Origin: Candidatus Methylomirabilis oxygeniifera
Lineage (GTDB): Bacteria > Methylomirabilota > Methylomirabilia > Methylomirabilales > Methylomirabilaceae
NCBI GenBank assembly: GCA_000091165.1
Contig: FP565575.1
Span: forward strand, 1,890,001-1,922,000
Direction of reading: 5' to 3'
DNA: 32,000 bases
Under the pieces are notes generated by a model. It was not told where the DNA came from. It was given only the letters and a program-made list of their open reading frames with translations, and searched no databases. Positions 1 through 6,010 of this stretch are shown piece after piece; within the stretch, counting starts at the first letter, position 1; each line of letters starts with the position of its first letter. A program made the position numbers and the translations under genes.

Positions 1-2
1 TC

Positions 3-158
3 GATGAGATCCGGGATGTGCGCCGCCGCATCTCAGCGCGCGTTGCGCATGATCCCGCCCGATTAGTGGCCCACTACATGGAGCTACAGAAACAGGACCA
101 GGATCGGCTGATTGAGACCGAGAAAACCGCCCAGCGCATCGATCAGTCGGCCGCCTAA
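3..158 (+). CDS. 3' end of a CDS entering from upstream of the window; product unknown
   Basis: The frame is open from the window edge to TAA 156-158 (...DEIRDVRRRISARVAHDPARLVAHYMELQKQDQDRLIETEKTAQRIDQSAA*). It is missing from the ORF track only because it has no start in the window. The stop codon lies inside the GCCTAAC motif of the following attC-like element. Confidence 0.35.
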   Translation, partial: DEIRDVRRRISARVAHDPARLVAHYMELQKQDQDRLIETEKTAQRIDQSAA

Positions 159-215
159 CTTTGCGCCCCAGCCAGACGCTCGCTCCACTTGTACGGCTGA
201 GCGTGGTTGTTATAC
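149..215 (+). repeat. attC-like imperfect palindromic element A
   Basis: GGCCGCCTAAC at 149-159 contains GCCTAAC (RYYYAAC). CGCCCCAGCC at 164-173 can pair with GGCTGAGCG at 195-203, leaving one extra base. A 5-nt spacer precedes GTTATAC at 209-215, which is one position off GTTRRRY. Both ends are shared with element B at 2778-2866. Confidence 0.4.
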
Positions 216-260
216 CCCGCCTGTGCCGATGTCGTAGCGAAGCGAATCTTCGTAAGGTGA

Positions 261-296
261 GTAATCGTTGACAAGCTGTAATCGTTCGATTACACT
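261..296 (+). promoter_or_regulatory. sigma70-type promoter with operator-like repeats for the killer/antidote operon
   Basis: TTGACA at 268-273, a 17-nt spacer, and TACACT at 291-296. A perfect inverted repeat GTAATCG-tt-CGATTAC at 278-293 overlaps the -10. A further GTAATCGTT copy at 261-269 overlaps the -35. The ATG at 303 is only 6 nt past the -10. Confidence 0.55.
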
Positions 297-302
297 CTAT
301 CT

Positions 303-596
303 ATGTTCTTGATAAAACTCCTGCCCGAATTTACCGCATGGCTGGACGGTCTGTCCGATGCGTCGGTGCGCGGGGTGGTCGCGGCGCGCATCAAGCGTCT
401 GGAGCGCGGCTTGATGGGGGACGTGGAGCCGGTCGGCGACGGGGTGTCGGAGTTGCGCATTCATTTCGGTGCGGGCTGGCGCATGTATTTCGTGCAGCGT
501 GACGGTCAGTTGATTGTGTTGCTCGTCGGTGGCTCCAAGCGTACCCAAAAGACTGACATCAAGCGCGCCAAGGCATTGGCGGCGCTCTTGGACTAA
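303..596 (+). CDS. addiction module killer protein (RelE/ParE-superfamily, HigB-like toxin)
   Basis: 97 aa. FTAWLDGL...ARIKRLERG..GDVEPVGDGVSELRIHFGAGWRMYF..RDGQLIVLLVGGSKRTQKTDIKRAK matches the pattern of the putative addiction module killer family. It is immediately followed by the antidote gene. Confidence 0.85.
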   Translation: MFLIKLLPEFTAWLDGLSDASVRGVVAARIKRLERGLMGDVEPVGDGVSELRIHFGAGWRMYFVQRDGQLIVLLVGGSKRTQKTDIKRAKALAALLD

Positions 597-611
597 GTGA
601 AGGAGATGACT

Positions 612-917
612 ATGATCCAACGTATCAAAGTAGCTGACTTACCCGAGTTTGATGCCGCGCCGTATCTCGACAGCGAGGCGGCGATTGCGGCTTACCTGAC
701 GGATATTCTGGAAGCGAACGATTCGGCTTTGCTGGCGTCGGCATTGGGAGACATCGCTCGGGCGCGTGGCATGAGCGAGATTGCCAAGGCATCCGGACTG
801 ACCCGCGAAGCTTTGTACAAGGCGCTCAGACCCAATGCGAAACCGCGCTACGACACCATCGCGAAGGTCTGTGCGGCGCTCGGGGTGCGGCTGGTGGCAC
901 AGGCGATTCATGCGTGA
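612..917 (+). CDS. addiction module antidote protein, HTH type (HigA family antitoxin)
   Basis: The ORF track starts it at GTG 597. ATG 612 is preferred because GAAGGAG at 599-605 lies 6 nt upstream. DAAPYLDSEAAIAAYL...GDIARARGMSEIAKASGLTREALYKALRPNAKPRYDTIAKVCAALGVRL is the typical antidote HTH pattern. Confidence 0.85.
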   Translation: MIQRIKVADLPEFDAAPYLDSEAAIAAYLTDILEANDSALLASALGDIARARGMSEIAKASGLTREALYKALRPNAKPRYDTIAKVCAALGVRLVAQAIHA

Positions 918-1211
918 GCCTCCAAAGTTGACCGCCCGAGGAGATAGGCGCCACAATGGTGCCTAATGAACGGCTCAACCAGGCAACTACCCGACCGCAA
1001 TGAATGGCTGAATGCCTCCACGCTTTCCCTCGAAAAGGCAGTCCAGACGCCTGCTTCGCCACGAGAAGCCACGAAAAGCGCTTGACCGCCTTCCAGATTT
1101 GGCGTAATAGATCGTTAGTTACCTTTCTTTCCCTTGGAGAGGTGTGTCTGCCGCTTGTCTGCCAGGCAGGGAGGATAGCATGGGGCAATCTCACTAAAAC
1201 GGGGGCAATTC

Positions 1212-1309
1212 ATTGTCCTGCCCTTCCAGGTCATCGAGCAGGTGGACGAGCTGCACGCCGAAAGGCCAGAGGACACGTCACCACAAGGATTGCTTTTTGA
1301 CGAACGCGG
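1212..1309 (+). pseudogene. short fragment of a DNA methyltransferase N-terminus (paralogous copy of 3075-3172)
   Basis: It reads IVLPFQVIEQVDELHAERPEDTSPQGLLFDERG with no start codon and no continuation. By hand alignment it is about 91 percent identical (9 mismatches in 98 nt) to 3075-3172. Confidence 0.6.
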
Positions 1310-1393
1310 GCTATCGTCTGCGTCGCTCAGTTCAAGTCGTAAGACGGCTGCACACGGCTTGCCTGATGAACAGTACCTACACTACCGGGGTCG

Positions 1394-1633
1394 ATGAGGC
1401 TTGAGGTTGTTGGTCCAATTGCAGACGTTGAGGTTATCGCGTCAGGACCAGCAATTCGGGCGCGCTCCTACCTTCGCAAGGCGTATGGTCGAGGTCGATG
1501 GCGGAAGTGAAAGGGTGTTGCCACCGTTCGCCTGCCGAACGGCGCTTTGCGGAGGGTAGAGTTGCGTTGGTATGAAGCGCATGATATTGGTAGGAGAGAC
1601 CTGAGAATCAAACGCTACTTGGAAGACGTATGA
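1394..1633 (+). pseudogene. small conserved-hypothetical gene interrupted by an in-frame TGA (1508-1510)
   Basis: ATG 1394 ... GRGRWRK-TGA-KGVATVRLPNGALRRVELRWYEAHDIGRRDLRIKRYLEDV-TGA. The stop overlaps the next ATG (ATGA at 1630-1633). The part after the internal TGA has no in-frame ATG or GTG start of its own. From memory, the KGVA.VRLP.G...E.HWYEAH.IG pattern belongs to a widespread small-protein family. Confidence 0.45.
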
Positions 1634-1866
1634 AAACGACGATGAAGCCGTTTGCGCTGTGTATCGATAACACAGACTATCAGGCATCACTCATCCTTGG
1701 CAAGGTCTATCATATTCTTCCGGATCCAAAAGCTGCCAAAGATGATCTTGTGCGCATCGTCGATGAGAGCGGCGAAGACTACCTCTATCACAAGGGGCTT
1801 TTTGTCTTTGTGGACTTTCCGAAAGTAGTGAAGAAGAAAATCCTCGCCCTTGCGACTGCTGCCTAA
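1630..1866 (+). CDS. small conserved hypothetical protein (partner of 1394-1633)
   Basis: 78 aa with an ATGA overlap onto the upstream ORF. The RIVDESGEDYLYHKGLF motif is recognised from a recurrent small-protein family of unknown function. Its stop codon lies inside a GCCTAAC motif at 1861-1867. Confidence 0.6.
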   Translation: MKTTMKPFALCIDNTDYQASLILGKVYHILPDPKAAKDDLVRIVDESGEDYLYHKGLFVFVDFPKVVKKKILALATAA

Positions 1867-2195
1867 CTCAAATTCGGACACTATGAATACGGTCAAACGG
1901 CTTGACCGCCCACGGCTGCCATGCGAGAGTCTCTTGGGATTCCGGCTGGTGGTCGCCGGCTGATGTTCCAAGCCGGTCTCGATAACAAGGCTGCCGGCGC
2001 TGCCGCTTTGCCGCCAAAACCCCCGCAGCCACGCAGCAAAAGGCGCCCAGGGGAGATGGGACCCCTGCCAGATTAGGCGGCGAGCCCGTCGGCCCTAAAC
2101 AGATTAGGCCGGTCTGCCTAATTGTAGTTAAGCGGTCAGGACCCAGTCATTGGCGAGTGTCCGCATCCAGGCTATTGAGGCGACGAAGGGTTGAG

Positions 2196-2777
2196 ATGGT
2201 ACGGTTCCTCTGGTCGGAAAGAACCTGGGCCATCGTGAGCGCCGTGTCTGGCATGGTCGCGGCGCTCGCGGCGACGTTCACCGTCTATCAGGCCATGACA
2301 ACTACGCGTGAGGACAGGGAAGCGAAGCGACCCTACTTCACGATCGAGGCGCCTGGCATCAAACCCCTGCCGAAGAGTCCACCGTACCGAATTCAAATCA
2401 CAATGCGGAACGTCGGTGTCCATCCTGCAACCAGGTTGAACGGAAAGATCCTGTTCGTTGATGCGAACCTCGCTACGAAGCCGGCGTACGCTTTCGACTT
2501 TTCGGTAGCAAACGATGTACCTTCGGGATCTCCGACCCCGTGGTACAACGACTCCCTTATACTTCCAAATGACGTGCCGCCGATGTACGTCGTGCTAGCC
2601 GCTTCGTATAGCGACACCATTATCGGCAAGGACTACTCGCAGGCTTTTTATATGCGGTGGGACGGCGTCAAGAATGGTCAGACACAGCCAGATTTCGTTC
2701 ATGTGTCGGCTTCCGAGCGGTCTCGCATCGAACAAGCGCTGCGAACTGAGATCGAAGGCGTCATTCAACGGAAGTGA
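2196..2777 (+). CDS. hypothetical membrane-anchored protein (single N-terminal TM helix)
   Basis: The ORF track gives 2157-2777 (GTG). ATG 2196 gives MVRFLWSERTWAIVSAVSGMVAALAATFTVYQAM. No family was recognised. It is flanked by GTTAAGC at 2127-2133 and by attC-like element B. Confidence 0.5.
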   Translation: MVRFLWSERTWAIVSAVSGMVAALAATFTVYQAMTTTREDREAKRPYFTIEAPGIKPLPKSPPYRIQITMRNVGVHPATRLNGKILFVDANLATKPAYAFDFSVANDVPSGSPTPWYNDSLILPNDVPPMYVVLAASYSDTIIGKDYSQAFYMRWDGVKNGQTQPDFVHVSASERSRIEQALRTEIEGVIQRK

Positions 2778-2866
2778 GGCCGCCTAACCTCGCGCTGGGG
2801 CCGTCGCGCCGGCCCCGTGCGTGCTCGCGTGCCACCGTGGCGCGCGGCTGAGCGCCGGCGTTATAT
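2778..2866 (+). repeat. attC-like imperfect palindromic element B
   Basis: GGCCGCCTAAC at 2778-2788 starts 1 nt after the stop codon at 2775-2777. GCGCTGGGGCC at 2792-2802 can pair with GGCTGAGCGC at 2846-2855. A spacer precedes GTTATAT at 2860-2866. There is an internal GC-rich palindrome GCCACCGTGGC. The architecture matches element A. Confidence 0.4.
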
Positions 2867-2924
2867 TTTCCATCGCGCCTCTCGGTCTGATACTGGGTAG
2901 GACATCGAGAAAAAGAGAAGTTTC

Positions 2925-3218
2925 ATGCCACGACTGACTGAACAAGAACAACAAGAGATCATCCGCTATATCGAGGCGGACAAGCCGCTGCCGGATAAGT
3001 TTCGCTTCCTGCTCCTCGAGGAGAAGCGGGAGGTGGAGCTAGTTTGGAACGGCAAGAGCAGCGAGGTCAGCAGTATCGTTCTGCCCTTTCAGGTGATCGA
3101 ACAGGTGGACGAGCCGCGCGCCGAAAGACCAGAGGACACGTCACCACAAGGATTGCTTTTTGACGAGCGCGGCCGCCAGCTTAAGGGCTGGACGAACAAA
3201 CTGGTTCCTCATCGCTGA
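2925..3218 (+). pseudogene. N-terminal fragment (about 95 codons) of a site-specific DNA methyltransferase (R-M Mod-type)
   Basis: MPRLTEQEQQEIIRYIEADKPLPDKFRFLL.E.KREVELVWNGK...VLPFQVIEQVDEPR...LFDERGRQLKGWTNKL is the characteristic N-terminus of large adenine methylases. The ORF then diverges and stops, and no catalytic domain is present. Confidence 0.65.
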
Positions 3219-3477
3219 AGAACGAGCCGCAAAGGCCAAGGTCGTTATCAGCACGCGCTTCAACAGCCAGCAGCAGGTGTTTCTCGATTTTGTGCTGTCA
3301 CACTACGTCAGCGTCGGGGTGGAAGAACTTGATCAGGACAAGCTCACTCCCCTATTGCGGCTCAAGTATCACAACTCCATCGCCGACGCCGTGGCCGATC
3401 TGGGCAGGCCGGATGAGATCGGGCGTGTCTTCACAGGCTTCCAGAAGTACCTATATCAGCAGCAGGCGGCCGCGTGA
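3160..3477 (+). pseudogene. C-terminal fragment of a type I restriction enzyme R subunit (EcoEI R C-terminal-like domain)
   Basis: QQQVFLDFVLSHYVSVGVEELDQDKLTPLLRLKYHNSIADAVADLGRPDEIGRVFTGFQKYLYQ matches the HsdR C-terminal domain pattern. The helicase and nuclease parts are absent. Recognisable similarity begins near 3215, in a different frame from the methylase fragment. Confidence 0.55.
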
Positions 3478-3612
3478 CACGCAAGAACCAAGAGTTCGTC
3501 GAGGGAGTGCCTGGCATGTTGGAGGTATTTAGCGGTGACGCTCGACGATCGCATCTGCTACTCTCTAACACCAGAGAATGGTTGTCGGCGCGACAGTTCG
3601 GTGCTACTACTT

Positions 3613-3759
3613 ATTAACAGTCTCATAATTGAATCGACACCCATTGAGAAAATCTCCCCTCGCCCCTCTTTTCCAAAGAGGGGTCAATCCTTCCTTTGAC
3701 AAAGGGAGGCGAGGAGGGATTGTTCGATCATGTGAAACTATTATTATGAGACGGTTAAT
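3613..3759. repeat. inverted-repeat-flanked composite hairpin element
   Basis: ATTAACAGTCTCATAAT at 3613-3629 and ATTATGAGACGGTTAAT at 3743-3759 are reverse complements with 1 mismatch. They enclose 3649-3722, where outer arms AATCTCCCCTCGCC/GGCGAGGAGGGATT flank two 9-bp hairpins: CCCCTCTTT-tcc-AAAGAGGGG at 3663-3683 and CCTTCCTTT-gac-AAAGGGAGG at 3689-3709. Confidence 0.75.
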
Positions 3760-3777
3760 ATTTTCACGCCGGCAATA

Positions 3778-3827
3778 AATCTCCCCTACCCCATTTGCCG
3801 AAGGGGGGCAGCGAAGCGGGGGGATTT
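3778..3827. repeat. C-tract/G-tract hairpin repeat unit
   Basis: AAATCTCCCC...GGGGGGATTT outer arms around CCCCATTTGCCGAAGGGGGG. It belongs to the same family as 3649-3722, 12982-13028, 13606-13771 and 18530-18658. Confidence 0.7.
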
Positions 3828-3844
3828 GAAGAGGTGGTAAAGGT

Positions 3845-4264
3845 ATGAACCTGGCTGAAACAACCGCGACTATCATCCACACCGTGCTGGCGCACTACCC
3901 CGCGACGCAGGCCATCTACCTGTTCGGCTCGTACGGCGCAGGTGACGCTTGGCCGGATAGCGATGCGGACATTGCCCTGCTCTTCACCCCGGAACAGGCC
4001 AAAGCAGAACACAACCTGCCCCTGAGTCAATGCCGCTTTGATCTGGAAGATGCCCTGTCCAAAGAGGTGGATCTGCTCAATGCCCGGCAGGTGTCCACCG
4101 TCTTTCAAAAGGAAATTATTGGCGGTGTCCGTATCTATTGCGCCGATCCGTATGCGGCGGATGAATTTGAAATGCTGGTCATCTCCTATTACCAAAAGCT
4201 GAACGAAGAGCGGCGGGAAATCCTGGACGCCTTTGACAAAACCGGGAGGGCGTACGCCGTATGA
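3845..4264 (+). CDS. mntA: nucleotidyltransferase-domain antitoxin (MNT, MntA-like)
   Basis: 139 aa with the LFGSYGAGDAWPDSDADIALLF minimal nucleotidyltransferase motif. An ATGA overlap links it to the downstream HEPN gene. Confidence 0.85.
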   Translation: MNLAETTATIIHTVLAHYPATQAIYLFGSYGAGDAWPDSDADIALLFTPEQAKAEHNLPLSQCRFDLEDALSKEVDLLNARQVSTVFQKEIIGGVRIYCADPYAADEFEMLVISYYQKLNEERREILDAFDKTGRAYAV

Positions 4265-4677
4265 ACGATATCGTCATCAATAAAATTCAAAGTATTCAGC
4301 GGTGTATCGAGCGCGCGCGGCAAGAATACCGGTCAGACCCTGACGGGTTCGCAGTCAATCACACCTTGCAAGACGCGGCGGTGTTGAATGTGTTGCGGGC
4401 GTGCGAACAGGCGATTGACCTGGCCAATCATGTGATTCACACGTACAAGATGGGCATTCCCACCGCCAGCACAGAAAGTTTCGATCTGCTGCTGGCAAAG
4501 CATGTCATTGACGTGGCCCTGTCGGAGAAACTTAAACAGATGGTGCATTTCCGCAACATCGTCATTCACCAGTACCAGCGCATGGACATAGAGATTGTCA
4601 CATCGGTGATCGTTTCCGGCCTGGATGATCTGGTTCAATTCGGCGACCGCGTCAAGGAGTTTATCGGTGAGCGTTAG
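4261..4677 (+). CDS. hepT: HEPN/DUF86 toxin (HepT-like)
   Basis: 138 aa. RNIVIHQY fits the Rx4HxY HEPN motif. It is translationally coupled to mntA. Confidence 0.85.
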   Translation: MNDIVINKIQSIQRCIERARQEYRSDPDGFAVNHTLQDAAVLNVLRACEQAIDLANHVIHTYKMGIPTASTESFDLLLAKHVIDVALSEKLKQMVHFRNIVIHQYQRMDIEIVTSVIVSGLDDLVQFGDRVKEFIGER

Positions 4678-4712
4678 GCATTGCAGCCGTACAATCCGAG
4701 GAGTGTCCCGAC

Positions 4713-5096
4713 ATGTCACCAGACATAGACCTGTTCATTGCGCTTGAGCGCCGCGTGTGGCAGGCGCTGGCAGATGGCGATGTCAGCGCCGACTCACGTC
4801 TTCTCGATCCCAGATATCTCGGCGTCTATGCAACCGGCTTCGGTTCAAAAGACGACCATGTGGCGCAACTGCGCAATGGCCCCATTGTTAAAAGCTTCGC
4901 CATCGAGGATCCTCGACTCCTGGTGTTCGCACCGGACACCGTGCTACTTGCCTATCGAGCAACCTTTATACCGGCCGGCAAAGCTGATCCGCAGGTGGTC
5001 CACATCATGTACGTGTCGTCAGTGTGGAAACAACGCGGCGCTGACTGGGTCAACATATTCAGTCAAGACACGATGGCAGATGAGGCTGCCACGTGA
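4713..5096 (+). CDS. SnoaL-like / DUF4440 (NTF2-fold) protein
   Basis: 127 aa. The pattern LERRVWQALADGDVSADSRLLDP.Y.GV...G...K..H..QL ... VSSVWKQRGADWVNIFSQDT is typical of DUF4440. GAGGAG lies 9 nt upstream of the ATG. Confidence 0.55.
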   Translation: MSPDIDLFIALERRVWQALADGDVSADSRLLDPRYLGVYATGFGSKDDHVAQLRNGPIVKSFAIEDPRLLVFAPDTVLLAYRATFIPAGKADPQVVHIMYVSSVWKQRGADWVNIFSQDTMADEAAT

Positions 5097-5213
5097 CCAG
5101 GGGTGACCCTGCGTTCACTCGCGCACGCGCCCCAGGTACCGCACATCTTCAGTCGGGGCGCAGAGTCACAACGGTTGTCGGCATAACTCATTTTTACGAA
5201 GGGAGACACAGCA

Positions 5214-5342
5214 ATGGGTGACAGTGGAAAAAAGGATAAAGGCAAAAGGGAAACGCAAAAAAAGGCCCAGCTTGATCCAAAGGCCAAACGAAAATTGAAA
5301 CAAGAAAAGAAGCATAAGTCCAGCTCCATCTCTTCCAGGTGA
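5214..5342 (+). CDS. lysine-rich microprotein (42 aa)
   Basis: MGDSGKKDKGKRETQKKAQLDPKAKRKLKQEKKHKSSSISSR. GGGAG at 5201-5205 lies 8 nt before the ATG. It is too short for the ORF track. The 108-aa ORF on the opposite strand (5063-5389) is its low-complexity mirror image. Confidence 0.4.
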   Translation: MGDSGKKDKGKRETQKKAQLDPKAKRKLKQEKKHKSSSISSR

Positions 5343-5535
5343 CCTTCAATCACGCAAGGGAGTTGTGTGCCGGTCGCCGACCAGACCATTCACACTATGT
5401 CACTGGCAGCACAACCAGTCGATTTACCCGCCAGGCATGGCGGTTGCGGTTGCGCGTGCAATCAATGTCGCTCGACGCCATAACCGGCTGATGATCTCGA
5501 GCATTGAGGCAACTATTCACGCCAAGGAGGGACAC

Positions 5536-5865
5536 ATGGCTGGAGTAAAATTTATTGTAATCTACCCTCGTCCGACTGATATTGAAGCCTTCGAGAAGGT
5601 GTATCAGGACGAGCACGTACCCATGGCGGTTGAAAAGCTGGTCGGCAAGACCAAACTCGTAGCGACGAAGGTACTGGCTTCTCCTCAAGGGACACCACCT
5701 TTTTACCGTATCGCCGAGGTTCACTTCCCGTCGATGGAAGCCCTGGAGGCCTGCGCCGCTTCAGCAGGGACGAAGGAGACATTGGCCCATGCCGTGTCTA
5801 TCTCCACCGGAGGTACACCGATTTTTTTAGTCGCCGAAGAGGAGACTTTCGCCTTCGCCCCATGA
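5536..5865 (+). CDS. EthD family reductase
   Basis: The start is moved from 5365 to ATG 5536, which has AAGGAGG 6 nt upstream. MAGVKFIVIYPRPTDIEAFEKVYQDEHVPMAVEKL...FYRIAEVHFPSMEALEA fits the EthD (TIGR02118-type) pattern. Length is about 109 aa. Confidence 0.75.
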   Translation: MAGVKFIVIYPRPTDIEAFEKVYQDEHVPMAVEKLVGKTKLVATKVLASPQGTPPFYRIAEVHFPSMEALEACAASAGTKETLAHAVSISTGGTPIFLVAEEETFAFAP

Positions 5866-6010
5866 GCTCTGACCCTGGCGCAGGAGATTTCCGCATCGAT
5901 CGGCATGACGATCGACCCTGACCTCTGCATCCTAATGACTACGACACCGAAAGGTGCATGGGAGTTCACCAACTGCTTCGCCGCTCTGACGTGACACCCG
6001 GCCCGGCCCG

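Noticed and set aside
3607-4195. Minus-strand ORFs 3607-3882 and 3764-4195
   Set aside because: The first is generated by the hairpin repeats (PLWKRGARGDF peptide). The second is antisense to mntA, which has the nucleotidyltransferase motif.
5063-5389. 108-aa minus-strand ORF
   Set aside because: It is the mirror image of the purine-rich lysine-codon run. The Phe/Ser/Leu-rich peptide is low-complexity and has no ribosome-binding site, so the + strand microprotein reading is preferred, and even that only tentatively.
5365-5535. 57-codon N-terminal extension of the EthD ORF
   Set aside because: EthD-family proteins are about 100 aa. ATG 5536 has an AAGGAGG site at the right distance, and the extension has no similarity to anything I recognise.
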